From NCBI RefSeq assembly GCF_009914755.1, contig NC_060939.1: a DNA stretch of 64,000 bases, one strand, 5' to 3'. The notes beneath the pieces were generated by a model. The model was not told the DNA's origin. It saw only the letters and a program-made list of their open reading frames with translations, and did no database searches. The translations under genes and the position numbers were made by a program. Shown piece after piece: positions 28,401 to 44,289 of this stretch. The DNA comes from the human T2T-CHM13v2.0 reference genome, Homo sapiens. Positions within the stretch are counted from its first letter, which is position 1. Each line of letters begins with the position of its first letter.

Positions 28401-28704
28401 TTTTTTTTTTTTTTTTTTGAGATGGAGGTTCGCTCTTGTCACCTAGGCTGGAATGCAGTGGCACAATCTCAGCTCACTGTGACCTCCACCCTCCTGGGAT
28501 CAAGCAATTCTCCTGCCTCAGCCTCCTGAGTAGCTGGGATTACAGGTACCCACCACCATGTCCAGCTAATTTCTTGTATTTTTTGGTAGAGATGGAGTTT
28601 CACCATGTTGGCCAGGCTGGTCTCGAACTCCTGACTTCGAGTGATCCACCCACCTCGGCCTCCCAAAGTGCTGAGATTACAGACGTGAGCCACTGCGCCT
28701 GGCC
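28401..28704 (-). mobile_element. AluS (Sq-like)
   Basis: Antisense Alu; TSD GAGGGAGCTATTTCT on both sides. Confidence 0.93.
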
Positions 28705-28885
28705 AGAGGGAGCTATTTCTCAGGTAACATCAACAATGAAGGACTGGATGTAGAGCTTGAGAGAGAGAGAGGTGTCATGGGTAACATAGGCATTAGTGTG
28801 TTTAGCAGACTTTGAAAGTTTGGAAACTTGGAAAGTCCAATAGACCCAACAACTTAAAATTGTGCATAAGAATGGGGGTTCCTTA

Positions 28886-29195
<310 letters not shown>

Positions 29196-29729
29196 AAACA
29201 TAGAATCACCATGTGATCCAGAAATTTCACTTCTGGGTATAGACCCCAAAGTACTGAAAGCAGGAATGTGAACAGATTTTGTACACCCATGTTCGTAGTA
29301 GCATTATTGACAATAGCCAAAAGGAGAAGGCAACCCAAATGTCCATCGACAGTTGAATGGAAGAATGGATAAACAAAATGTTGTATATACATACAATGGA
29401 ATATTATTCAGCTTTAAAAAGGAATGAAATTCTGGCATATGCTACAACATGAGGGAACCTTGAGGACATTATGCTAAGGGAAATAAGCCAGTCACAAAAG
29501 GACAAATATTGTAGGATTCCACTTATATCTTGGCACCTAGAACAGTGAAATTCATAGAGACAGAACGTCAAATAGTGATTACAAGGGGCTAGAGGGAGGC
29601 CAGGAATAGGGAGTTAGTGTTTAGTGTTCAGGTTTGGGTTGATAGAGTTCTAGAGCTATATGGTGGTGATGGTCACACAATAGTGTGAATGTACTAAAAG
29701 TCTGTACATTTAAAAATGGTTCAGATGAC

Positions 29730-30022
29730 GCCAGGTGTGGCGTCTCATGCCTGTAATCCCAGAAATTTGGGAGGCTGAGGAGGGAGGATTGCTTGAGTTC
29801 AGGAGTTCAAGACCAGCCTGGGCAACAGAGCAAGACCCCCATCTCCACAAAAATTAAAAATAAATTAGTCAGGCAGGTGGCACGTGCCTATAGTCCCTGC
29901 TACTTGGCTAGGTAGGAGAATCACTTGAGCCCAGGAGGTCAAGGCTGCAGTGAACCATCATTGTGTCACTGCACTCAGACTGGGCGACACAGAGTGAGAC
30001 CCTGTCTCAAAAAAAAAAAAAA
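29730..30022 (+). mobile_element. AluJ
   Basis: GGATTGCTTGAG...GAGGTCAAGGCTGCAG J-type diagnostics. Confidence 0.9.
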
Positions 30023-32194
30023 GTTATGATAAATTTTATGTAATGTATATTTTGCCACAATAAAAAAATCTATTCAAAAAAGTGTGATAACATCATTGAA
30101 TATTCATTTTCTGTGTCAAATTTTTAAATATTTCTTTTAAATCACACATAAGACAATCTTCTTAAAACGCACTGGGCATTTCTTCAATAGTCTGAAAGCT
30201 CCCCTGGTGGTTTTCCACAGGTGCCCACCCATCCACAGTCTCAGTCCCAACCACTGTCTCTGCATCCTCCCCCCACCATCTCTTCTCTGCTTCACCCCAA
30301 GTTTCTGTCAATCCAGCTATTAATGTTTCTTCCATCTGCTGCCCTGGTTTCTAGTTCCACCTTATCTTCCATGAGCCATCCTAATGAGCTTCCAAAAAGT
30401 CCTACATTTTTGTTTAAGCTGGTTTATGTTAGGTTTTCACACCAGGAAGCCAAAGAGTAAAGGACTTCATGTGTTTATAGTAAGTGCAACGGAAAACATA
30501 TGACTATTGACATAAAACCTACCACTAATATCAATAAATGTATATAGGCTAAATGCACCCACTCAAAAAAACTGTTAACAAAATAAATACAACCCTATGT
30601 TTTTTCAAGAAACACATACAAAACTAAGTAATCAGAAAGATAAAATTAAAAAGTAAAAAAAAATTAATTTTAAATGGCAAAGATAAAATGAAAACAGGTG
30701 TCATGGTCAAATATGCTATCATTTAGAACTAAAAGCACTAGACAAGATAAAGAAGGATACTTTATGATGCTAAAAGCTATCATGTATAATGACGTTATTG
30801 TTGTTAATCTGTATGCACAAAATAATACAGCAACAACTTGCACAAAGCAGAAATTATAGAAGACAAAAGGAAAAATAGACAAACTCACACTAATAATAAG
30901 AGAATTTAAAATACCTCCCTCAGACTTAGACAAATTAAGGGAGAAATACTTAGCAAGGATATAGAAAATCTAAATCAATCAAAAAATATATCTAACAACT
31001 ATATATTCAAGCCTATATCCTGATAATCTCCTTCTCAGGTACATATAGATCAGTTATGACAAGAGACTATATTTTAAGCTACAAAGAAAATCTAAATTAA
31101 TTGCAAAAATAGAAATGTCAAAAGCTTATAACCACAATACAATGAAACTATAAATTACTGACAAACTGTTTGAAATAATGCCTTTTACCTGGAAATGTTT
31201 TAAAACTCTTTATTAAACAACTCGGGTCGAGGGAAATGCAAACTGAAATTGCAAAATTTCTAGAAAACCCCAATAATGACAGTACTAGATACTAGTCACT
31301 AGTATCTAGAAATACAACTAAAGTAGTGCTTTTAGAGAAAAAAAAATCTATATATCCTTAAATAACTATATCAATAAGGATAAAAATGAAAATAAGTTAT
31401 TTAATACCCAACTCAACTAATTAGAGAAAGGAAAATGAAATAAATCAGAAAAAAAATAAGGAAAACATTCAAAAGAATAAAAGCAGAAATTAATTATTAA
31501 ATAAAAATTAATATATTTTGAATGTATCAATTAAAAAGAAGTAGGGGAAAATGTAAGTATACAAAATAAGAAATTTCAAAGAAGAAATATTCGTGACAGG
31601 AAATTTTTAAATCATGAGAGATTAGTATGTACAAACCTATATAAATAATTTTTCAAAGATAAAGTGAATAACTTCCTCGGAAAATATAATTTACCAAAAC
31701 CGATCACAATAGAGATATAAAGTCCAAATAGGACACTGTCACTGAGGAAATAAAGTCATCAGAGTGAGTCTCCAATGACCCCTAAAACAATCACCAGGTG
31801 CAAATGGTTTCACAGGAAAGTTCTAACTAAAGTTCTAAAGATCAGATTATTTGCAATGGTAGTATTCTAGGGAGTAAAGGATACACACGTAAAAATATTT
31901 TAATACCAAAACCTACAAATATTTCACAGAAAAAGTCTAATCTCACTTAACAATAAGATGTAAAAATGAATCAGTTTAGAGCTCTGGGTACATGATGACT
32001 ATAGACAATAGCATTGGTGTAAATCTAGGTTCATGCTAAATGCATATATTTTAGCTGCTTTTGCCTCAGGAAAGTGGGTAGCAATTTGAGATAACAGGTA
32101 TGTTAATTTGCTTTCCCATAGAAACCTTTTTACTATCTGAATGTATCCTATAACATCATGTTGTATACCCTAAACATATACAATAAAAATTTGT

Positions 32195-32525
<331 letters not shown>

Positions 32526-32570
32526 TAATTATTAGAGTTTAATGCCAACAACAAAAATACATCATGACTA

Positions 32571-32917
<347 letters not shown>

Positions 32918-33888
32918 AGAAGTCTGTTAATATAAGTCCCCATAATAACATAGTTGAAGAGAAAAACCACAGAATCATCTTCACAAGTAATAGATAACTG
33001 TATTGATGGGAACTTTTGGAATTTCTCTTATAGTTGCTTCTAGTTTCCCAGTGAAATAGGAAACAAGGTCATCAGCTGAGAGTGAGAAATCAGGAACGGG
33101 GAAAAACATGAAACATGAAATCGTTGTCTAAGAAACTGTTTATCTTAACTAAATTAAATGAAACTGTTTCAACTATAGAAGATTATTTCTACAATGCTCC
33201 TCTGAAGAAAGATGTTTTTCTAACTCCATGTTAGCCAAATCCATCCCTTTTCTCCAATTCAAATACATTATTTCTGTTCTGTCACTAACAGGACTTGAGG
33301 CCTTAAGTCACAAAAAATGATTCCTATAGAGTTGGAACTCTATAGGAATGTCCTATCAGTACCTTCCTCCTGGGCAGTCCCTAACCTCCCTCTCTGCTCC
33401 CAGTCTCACCTTCTTCCAGTTCATATTTCATATTCAGGCATTCAGTGTAAATTCACTAGTAATTAGCAAAACAAACTCATCTTTCAGGATGATATAGATG
33501 CCATCTCAATTCCACATCCAAGAATTTACCCTACAAATATATTGGCCTATATATTTAATGGTGTATGTACATGTATGCTCACTGCAGAATTATTTGCCTA
33601 GAAAACAACTAAAATGACCATCAACAAAGGACTGGATAGAAAATATTGTTACCAGCATACAATGGAAAACTATGCAGACTTAAAAAGAAAGTTAGGTAGA
33701 TCTAGGTATGCTGATTTGGAAAGCTGCCCAGGCTATATTATGAAGCACAGGGGAAATGTTATTTTAGAACCATATTAATAATACAATTCCATCTTTTTAA
33801 AGCTATATATTACAAATAGGAATTCATCATTATCCAAGAAGTTGCACATCAGTTGCAAGGTTATGAAGAAGTTAAAAAAAAAAAAAAA

Positions 33889-34012
33889 TTTGTTCTGAGA
33901 TGAGATCTCGCTATGTTGCCCAGGCTGGTCTTGAACTCCTGGGCTCAAAGAATTCTCCTGCTTCAGCCTCCTGAGTAGCTGGAACTAAAGGTATGGGCCA
34001 TGATGTCCGGCT
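33889..34012 (-). mobile_element. Alu monomer (FLAM)
   Basis: Single antisense left arm. Confidence 0.85.
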
Positions 34013-34046
34013 CCAAAAACCTTTATAATAAGAAAATATTATTATT

Positions 34047-34230
34047 AGCTCAGGTGCACTGACTCACACCTAGTTATCCTAGTGCTTTGAGAAGCTGAGG
34101 TGGGAGGATCGCTTGAGCCCAGGAGTTCAAGGTTACTGTGAGCTGTGATCATGTCATTGCACTCCAGTGTGGAGACGCAGTGAGACCCTGTCTAAAAAAA
34201 AGAAAAAGAAAAGAGGAAAAAGAAGAGAGA
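34047..34230 (+). mobile_element. Alu monomer (FRAM/FAM-like)
   Basis: Single right-arm-like monomer with A/G-rich tail. Confidence 0.8.
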
Positions 34231-34832
34231 AAATGCTATGAACATTTTCTGTTTCTAAAATTAAAATTAGTGCCCAAACACATCCCATGCCAATCGCAGC
34301 TCAACACTTTAACCAATTTCTATCAACCCAATTAGCATCTTCCTCATGTGGCCACTGGTCCACAGGAAACATTAAGGGATGTACTCACCATCTCTGCATC
34401 ATTTTCAGAAGCACTAGGTTTTTCTGATGCTCCTGTGCCACTATTTATAGGAGCAATCACTAGAGCACCTTATAAATCAGGAAATTAGATCTCTTATTTG
34501 CCAACTGACTTGTTTAAGGTCATATATCTAGTTAATGGCAAAGTTAAATCTTGATCATGCTTATTCCCAAGGTTGTGCTGCTATTTATATCATTCAGCTG
34601 CCTCATCCTAGCCATCCTTCAGGGCTGCCAATCAGATGTCACTTACTCCATGAAGCTTTCCAGGATGCCCTTAGCAGGAAATGACATCTCCTTTCTCTGA
34701 ACCACAACAGGACCCGAATCCCTCTTGTGGACTTTGTTCCTGCCTGCTTTGCTGGAACTGCTGATATAAGGACATATCCTCCAAGTTCTCTTTGAGGAAA
34801 GTGCGCTCATTAACTATGTTTGTATAATAGCC

Positions 34833-34948
34833 AGGGTCACGATTGGGGTGAGGCAAGTGGGGGGCCTGGAGTGCAAAATTTAATGAGGAATTCACTCTCA
34901 GAGTCACACATGTACAGGGTTATTTGTCTCATCTTAGTTCCAACCCTG
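34833..34948. mobile_element. MER96-like hAT DNA transposon
   Basis: CAGGGTC...GGGGTGAGGCAAGTG...GCAAAATTTAA...TCTCATCTTAGTTCCAACCCTG with terminal inverted repeats. Confidence 0.6.
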
Positions 34949-35181
34949 ATAACATTTGATAGAAATACAAGTCTACCATATTCTGTAATATAGTGTCCGG
35001 TACTGTAATAATCAGAACAGCTTTAGATTGGTGGGTGAACCACCCAAGGTCAGCCAGCTAGCCATTGATGACACAGGGATCCCTATGCTTGTAGATTTCC
35101 AACTTATAACATGGCATAGAGCATTGCACTGGGTTCCTGGGGAAGACTAGAAGGGGAGGGAGACTAGAAAGATGGTGAGAC

Positions 35182-35625
<444 letters not shown>

Positions 35626-35980
35626 TCATTTCCAAAACAGTGATTTATTAAATAAATCATGAAATAACTTAAAATTAGATAACAAAGTAAAAAGAAATTG
35701 GATAGATAAAATGAGGCTATTTATCATTTTCTTTGTTTTAGGGTCTGAAGCACTTCCTTCCATTTGTATTCACAATTGAATGTGCTCATTGCTAGGCTGA
35801 GCTGGCCAGCAGATGAATGAGGCCAACCAGCCAGCTCCCAACATACTCCTCTGGGCCATCTAGAGGGTCCTGGTGCTCAGGCTTCATTCTAACCATCTGC
35901 AAATCACTCCTTAGAGACAGGGAGTGGGGAATTGAGTTAGGCTTCTATTTGCAATAATGGAAATAAGAACTGAGGATTCC

Positions 35981-36214
35981 ACATGGGCACAAAGAGGGGA
36001 ACGAAAGACACTGGGGCCTATTCAAGAGTGGAGGGTGGGAGGAGGGAGAGGGTCCGAAAAAATAACTATAACCAGGTACTACGTTTAGTACCTGGGTGAC
36101 GAAATAATCTTTACAACAAACGCCCACAACACGAATTTACTGATAAAACAAACCTGCACATGTATCCCCGAACCTAAAATAAAAATTAAAAGAATAAGAA
36201 AATTAAAAAAAAAA
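35981..36214 (+). mobile_element. 5'-truncated L1 3'UTR (L1PA15/16-like)
   Basis: L1 3'UTR with poly(A); TSD AAGAACTGAGGATTCC / AAGAACTAAGGGTTCC. Confidence 0.88.
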
Positions 36215-38517
36215 AAGAACTAAGGGTTCCATCGACTTGTGGCTGAACTGTTCTTAGATTTCAAAGAAGCCTCTGAAACCAGGCCACTCTCTATGCCCCC
36301 AGGTGGATGCATGATCCCAAAGTCACTCTCCCTGGACTTGATATTGCTGAGAACAGCAGCCAAACCAGGCGAGTCAGTACGGAACAGCATCCAGGGATGA
36401 CGCCTGTATTTATTCTACCACGAAAGGCCGAATCAGGAGCCTCCTTTAAGTCAGCTTGATCTGTCCCGAACTGCTGGCCTTCCTTATCTGTGCCTGTGAC
36501 ATCTTCCAACCAATCAGTAGACACATCCATAATGTACCCTGTCTCATAGCTTCTCTACAAAGATGGGTGAGATATGGTGTCTCACTCTTATTCCTCCCCT
36601 AACCTGACAGTCTCTGGGGTAACTGGAGCAAACACAGCAAAAACTCATTGGTTAAAAAAGACTTTCAAGTTGATAAGTCAATTTAAAGAAAGCAAGAAAT
36701 TCTTAATCCTTTATGGCTGATGTGCAATCATCAAATCACATTATCACAGACCTCTGTTCCTTAGTGTTTTTTTATGTTTAAACTGTCCTTAGTCTTCTCA
36801 AGAAGACTAAAGACCATTATACACTATATCGTAATTAATCGCTGATAAACAAACTAAGGACCTATTAAGCACCTACCCTGGATAAAGCACAGGGTTAGAC
36901 ATGGAGGTAGAAAAACAAAGAAGATACCAGCTCTGCTGACAGCTCTGGATAAAGAACTCACTTGTGGTAGAATCAATAGAAAACCGAGTCCTGGGAGGGA
37001 TGAGGCCGACGAAATGACAGACCTGTAGCACTGGGAGCTGGGAGCGAGGTTCGAGGAGGCCAGTCCACTGTGTCTAGTCCTTTCACTGTTTTTGAACAGG
37101 TGGTTCATTCTGCTTGAAATGGCTCTTTCCCCGTTTTCCATCTAGTGAGCTACCTCTCATCCTTTTAGCCAGTTTTGGTCAATCAGAGGATAGCATTTGG
37201 GGCAGGTGCACCTTAAGACGAATGGAAGCCCCACGTGTAGGATAGTTTAGACAGCATTTACCCATTTCCCTTTCCCAAGGTTATCTGCCAAAAAATTAAA
37301 AAAATAAAAAATAAAAAAGCACTGGGTCTTTCAGTTTCACTGAATTCATCTGGGCTGCCCTAACGCAAAGCTATGTCAGGGAAGTCTAACTGCCTGCATG
37401 TAAGAATTAGGACCATCTCAAGACCAAATTCCTGAAATCTCAACTTTAAGCCTGACTGGTTAGAAGACGCTTCTTCGAATTTACACCTGCTCCTTATTAT
37501 GTTCCTGATCGTTTCTCTACCCAGAGCAGCTGTAGCTTCCCCTAAGGGCGGCCCTGCCTGTGGCCCTGTGAATAAACATGTCTCTCCAGACCAAAGGAGT
37601 CATAGGGGGCTTTGTAATCACAGCTTATGAGTTGTATACACTTACTTAAATGGGCTTGATGCTGTTGATAGTGCTGTTTCTGAAAGAAGAGCTGACATAG
37701 GGAGAGTAATTCGAGGCTTTACCTGTTTCTTTTGCAGCTTTATTGTGATATAATTCAGATACCATAAAATTAAGTAGTTTAAATTGCATAATTCAGTGGT
37801 TTTAGTATATTCCAGAGTTGTGCAACTATCACCACAAGCAGTTTTAGATCACTTTCACCATTCTAAAAAGAAACATCATACCCATAGCAGGCACTCCCCA
37901 TTTTCCCCCAACCACCCTGCCCCAAACAAGACACTGCACTTTCTGTCTCTATAGATATGCCTATTCCGGACATTTCATGTCACTGAAATCATACAGTATA
38001 TGACCTCTGTGTCTGTTTCTTTCATTTGGGATACTGCTTTCAAGGTTCATCCATGTCATAGCATACATCAGTGTTTTAATTATTTTTATGGCTATGTAAT
38101 ATTCCATTGTATGGATAGACAACATTTTGTCTTCATTCATCAGTTAATGGGCATTTGGACTGTTTCTAAATTTTGGCTATTTACATTCAACATATTTGGC
38201 TGTTACGTTCAAGTTTTTCTGTGGATGTGTGTTTTCATAGCTCTTATTTGCTGGATCACATGGTAACTGTATTTAACATTTTGAGGAACCCCCAAACTGT
38301 TTTTGTAAAGTAGCTACATGATTTTCCATCACCACCAGCAATGTATGAGGCCTCCAATTTCTGCCACATCCTCATCAACACTTGTTATCATCTGTGTTTT
38401 TTATTTTAGCCATACTAGTGGTTGTGAAGTGGTATCTCATTGTAGTTTTTATTTGCATTTCCCTAATGACTAGTGGGTTGAGCATCTTTTCATGTGCTTT
38501 TTGGCCATTTTTGTATC

Positions 38518-38803
<286 letters not shown>

Positions 38804-39040
38804 CATTGTTGTATCTTATTTGGAGAAATGCCTATTTAGATCCTTTGCCTATTTTAATTGGGTTGTCTTTTTACTATTGGGTTGTAAGTGTTCTGAATAC
38901 CAGCCCCTTATCAGGTTGTAAATATTTTCTTCCTTCCCATGGGTTCTCTTTTCACTCTCTTGATGACATCCTCTGAAACACAAAACTTTTTAATGTTGAC
39001 AAGGTCCAATATATCTAGTTTTTTCTTTTGTCACATTTGC

Positions 39041-39441
<401 letters not shown>

Positions 39442-39713
39442 TAGGTCTTTGATTCCTTCAAGTTAATTTTTGCATATGCTGTGAGGCAGGGGTCCAGCTT
39501 CACTCTTTTGCATATGGATATTCAGTTGTTCCAGCACAGTTTGTTGAAAAGAATATTTTTTTCCACACTTAAGTATCTTACTGCCTTTGTCAAAAATCAA
39601 TTGACCATAAATGTGAAGGTTTATTTCTGAAGTCTCAATTCTACACCATTGACTTATATGTTTATCCCTGTGCTAATACCACACTATTTTGATTACTACA
39701 GCTCTGTGGTGAG

Positions 39714-39861
39714 TTTTTTTATATTTATTTTTTATTTTTTCAGTAGAGATGAAGTCTTGCTATGTTGCCCAGGCTAGTCTGAAACTTCTGGGCTCAAGCA
39801 ATCCTCCCACCTCGGCCTCCCAAAGTGTCAGGACTACAAACGTGAGCCACTGCGCCCAGTC
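39714..39861 (-). mobile_element. Alu monomer (FLAM_C)
   Basis: Single antisense arm; TSD TGTGGTGAGTTTT/TGTGGTAAATTTT. Confidence 0.85.
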
Positions 39862-40403
39862 TTGTGGTAAATTTTGAAGTTGAGAAGGCTGAGTTCTTCA
39901 ATAATTTTTTTGGCTATTCTGGGTTCTTTGTATTTCTATATGAATTTTAGGATGTGCTTGTCAATTTCTGCAAAAATGGCAGCTGAAACCTTCATAAGGG
40001 TTGCCCTTTTGTACTTTTTACATATCCTTGTTTTGCTTCATTTGGTTTCAATGACAGGATTTTGATTTATGGACACTTTGATCAAATTCACTCCGTTGAA
40101 CTACAGCCATTATGTTGTTTGTTTCTGTGATGCCAACTGATACCTTAAAGTCTATAAAGTGCCCTAAGAGCCAATGAGCCAAACCAGCCTGTCCTTCCCT
40201 TTGTCACTCCATCAGCCCACAGCCTATAGCTCCTGAAGGTGAGAGGTCTGAAGCAGTGACAAAAAAAAATCCTCTTCTTTCCCCCATTCCAAATATTTTT
40301 ATAAACCAGAAACCCTATGGTTATTGTAATCAATGTTTTGAAGCCAGGCATGGATATAAATCATCCCTTCCATTAAATTGTATTTGTTTGGATGTGCTAC
40401 CCA

Positions 40404-40458
40404 TCTCTCTCTCTCTCTCTCTCCCCCTCCCCATCCTCTCTCTCTCTCTCCCCCCATC

Positions 40459-40496
<38 letters not shown>

Positions 40497-40505
40497 GAGA
40501 GAGAC
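40404..40505. repeat. Compound (TC)n-(CA)n-(GA)n microsatellite
   Basis: Read directly; three CCATC(C)(TC)n blocks then (CA)n. Confidence 0.92.
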
Positions 40506-40714
40506 AGGCATTTCCAGTTTGTCTTGCACAGACTTTTAACTTCTAGATAAGTTCAGTCACATCAAGAAAAGTGCTTTTTCTTTCATTTGATAATAGTTTT
40601 CATGAGAGGCCTGGCAAAGCTGAATGCTCAGCTGTGGGGCTTCTTTTAAAAGAAAAAATTGGCTTCTAATAGTACATACATGATAATAAACAAAGTATAT
40701 ACATATATACTTTT

Positions 40715-41006
40715 TTATTTTTTTAGTTTGTTTGCTTTGTTGCTCAGGCTGGAGTGCAGTGGCGCATTCATAGCTCACTGACACCTCAACTCCTGGGCTC
40801 AAGCAATCCTCCTGTCTCAGCCTCCTGGGTAGCTGGGACTACGGGTGCATGCCACCATGCCTAGCCTAATTCAAAAAAATTTTTTTTGTAGAGATGATGT
40901 CTCCCCATCTTGCCCGGGCTGGTCTCAAACTCTTGGGTTGAAGGGATCCTCCTGCCTCAGCCTCCCAAAGTGCTGGAACTACAGGCATGAGCCACCACAC
41001 CTGGCC
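40715..41006 (-). mobile_element. AluJ
   Basis: Antisense dimeric Alu with J diagnostics. Confidence 0.9.
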
Positions 41007-41165
41007 AGAATAATATTATATAGGCCAAATTTGCATATTCCAATTAGCATCGCTTAACTTCTCTCCCCCCAGTAAAAACATAGTAGAGGATGCCTTAGTC
41101 TGATTAAGTTTAACTATTCACATAGACCTCAGCTGTCCCTTGGTGCGTGAATAGCGAGTATATTT

Positions 41166-41300
41166 GGCCAGATGTGGTGGCTCATGCCTGTAATCCCAGC
41201 ATTTTGGGAGGCCAAGGCAGGATGGTTGCTTGAGCCAAGGAGTTCAAGACCAGCCTAGGCAATATAGTGAGACCATCTCTATAAAAAACAAATATAAAAA
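41166..41300 (+). mobile_element. Alu monomer (FLAM_C)
   Basis: Single arm; TSD AATAGCGAGTATAT/AATAGCTAGTATAT. Confidence 0.85.
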
Positions 41301-41874
41301 ATAGCTAGTATATCCAATTACATCAGATAGAAAACCATTCTCGCCTCCGTGTTCTAAAAATGGACTAACTTTGCCTTAAATAAATTTATTTTTTCCTCTT
41401 CATGAACTTTAAGTGGAGGCTGACTCTATGAATCAGAATGCATAGCTGAAATTCAGGTTCCACCATGTAATAAATGCATTTTTGTGAGTTCATCCTTTGG
41501 GGACCAGACCTATGCTTTGCATATTCCATACATAGTAATCAGGTAAAATTAATCATACATTGCTGAGCTTACAAACTGTTATCTTTACAGGGTCCCTTGT
41601 GGTGCTGGAGAGCAGAGAACCTAGAAGTAGGAAAGTAAATGAAATACAGCAATTTACACAAATGATGTTTCATAAGCTGTCCTATGAGAAAAATGTTGGT
41701 TACTACTATGATCATGATGATTAATATTATCAGAGCAGAAACCAGGAGACCTTGATTCTACTCTCTAGCAAAGTTCTGTCTTTGTTAGTTTTCTGATGTT
41801 GGAGGTCCTTGGCCAGATGTGATGGAAGCTGGGCTTTTGTCCCATGGTACCCAATGAGCAGAGCAGGATTTCTA

Positions 41875-42265
41875 TTTTTATTATTATTTTTTCAACTTTT
41901 ATTTTACATTCCAGAGTACATGGGCAGGATGTGCAGGTTTGTTACATAGGTAAACATGTGTCATGGTGGTTTGCTGCACAGATCAACCCATCATCTAGGT
42001 ATTAAGCCCAGCATCCATGAGCTATTCTTCCTGATGCTCTCTCCTCACCCTAACCCCGACAGTCCCCAGTGGGTGTTGTTCCCCGTGATGTGTCCGTGTG
42101 TTCTCATCGTTCAGCCCCCACTTACAAGTGAGAACATGCAGTGTTTGGTTTTCTGTTTCTGTGTTAGTTTGCTGATAACAGCTTCCAGCTCTATCCATGT
42201 CCCTGCAAAGGACATGATCTTGTTCCTTTCTGTGGCTGCACAGTATTCCATGGTGTATGTGGTAT
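41875..42265 (-). mobile_element. 5'-truncated L1PA (about PA8-PA11) 3' end
   Basis: Antisense ORF2 C-terminus (YTMEYCAATERNKIMSFAGTW) and 3'UTR; perfect 15-bp TSD AGAGCAGGATTTCTA at 41860-41874 and 42266-42280. Confidence 0.92.
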
Positions 42266-43059
42266 AGAGCAGGATTTCTAACCCACAAGAAGGGATTGAA
42301 AGAGGCTTTCTCTTTTCTGAGTTGAAGACCACAGGCCTCTCACATTGGGATTAATCTTTGGAGCTTGACTCCAAACTCTCAGACTCTCCATCTCTTCAAC
42401 CTCTTTCCCCTCCTGCCCTGCCACACTCTACCCACTGCAATCAGAAAAGCTGAGCCCACACACAAAGAACCTGAGCTTTGGAAATACAGTTCATTAATGG
42501 CAGGTGTGTGGAAACCCACGAGGAGAAAGTGGAGGAGACACAGTCCTTGCTATCTTATGCAGCAAACTAGGATTTCTGATGCAAGACATGCAGTAAGGTA
42601 ATGAGTGAATAGTCCTAAGTAGCCTCGGTTTGGAGTCAGAGAAGAGCACTACATGCGTCTGACTGTACAAAGAGATTCCCATGCTCAGTTCCCTAGGCTG
42701 CTAGACGTCAATTGTCTCTGTGCAGCTGCTGAGAAGATGGAAGAGTAGGTGTCCTCTTTGGCCAACTGAGGCTGCCATGAGTGCACAGCCCATTGGAGTC
42801 ATTAAGGCCATCTAAAACTAAGTGGCCATATAAAAGTCATCAAGGCCATATAAAACTATATTCCTTGTTCACAATCCCACCAGATACAGAAAGACGGGAA
42901 GAGGAGTCTAGTCCTTTCTACTTGTTCCCAAGTCCTCTTCCACCAAGGCAGGTTATCACGGAAATATTCCAGGATCTGGAATGAGACACTTGGATTTGAG
43001 TCCCAGTTCTTCCACTTAGAGACCATGTGACTTTGATTGACTTTGATTGGTCCTTTTGA

Positions 43060-43349
<290 letters not shown>

Positions 43350-44289
43350 TCTTTTGACTTTTCTAAGTCTTGGTCTCTCCAAGTGTAAAATGGGGGTCCC
43401 CTGAACTACCAACTTCACAAGGTCTTGCTGAGAATCAAATGAGATAATGGATGGAAAGCCCCTTTGAACCAAAATGTACCATGTATGTGGTGATTTTTCT
43501 ACATTCCTCACTAGTTTGAGCTAATAAGCACATAACTGTGGCCACCAGAAAAAAAAAAAAAGTCACTGCAAGTAGCAGTTTTCTCTCCTGGTGAGGACAG
43601 TTCAGTAAAGGCAACATCTCACTGTAAGGTACAGGTAAAGCTGAACTCTAGATCTAAATATGAGCATATCTGTGGCCAACAACACCCTTTTACAGAAAGA
43701 ACAAGGCCAACATTTTATTCTCCCTATTGCAAGGCTGTTGACTGTCCCAGACACCGAAGGGGAGACTGTGACATGGTGGCCATGAGCATTCATCTCACAG
43801 ATCTCCAACTACAAGGAGAACAACTGACCAAGGACTCTGGCTGTCTTTGAAATATATTATCATGTTTGAGCCCAGGTAAACCTTCCCAAAGCCACTTCCA
43901 GCCACTGACTAAGCGCAGCAGGGCTACTAAGGTGAGCCCTCCAATGTCTAATTGTAGCTCTAGGACTCCGCAAGTTTTGCCAAATTTTTCTTAGACTGCG
44001 TAGCAGTCTAGAAGGCTTCTACCTATCTTTTCTTTCCACAGTCCTTCACTCAGTACAGACAGTCTTCATGCAAAGAAAGAGGCCTGTTCATAGTGCACAC
44101 AGGGGGCCAACTTCATATGAATCACGTGGTGTGAATGGTATGGACTGAGGCCCCTCAACAACCACATGTTCTGTAGCTCTGTTTCTATTGCGAAAGAAGG
44201 GATCGCTCAAGAAAAGGCAATAGGGAGAATATAAGGAGGAAAAGCCTTTTTTATTTTTAAGGAATAACTATTTTTGAAAAATAGAGCTT

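Noticed and set aside
36072-36095. Hairpin CCAGGTACTA-CGTT-TAGTACCTGG and nearby G4 motif (36033-36052)
   Set aside because: Both derive from the standard L1PA 3'UTR, which is already near-palindromic and G-rich here.
36291-36530. 79-aa ATG ORF with a protein-like acidic N-terminus
   Set aside because: No recognisable family and no supporting exon structure; length is compatible with chance.
40692-40713. AAAGTATATA-CA-TATATACTTT inverted repeat (also GTTCATATATATGAAC at 61387-61402)
   Set aside because: Mostly self-complementary (TA)n low complexity, so expected by chance.
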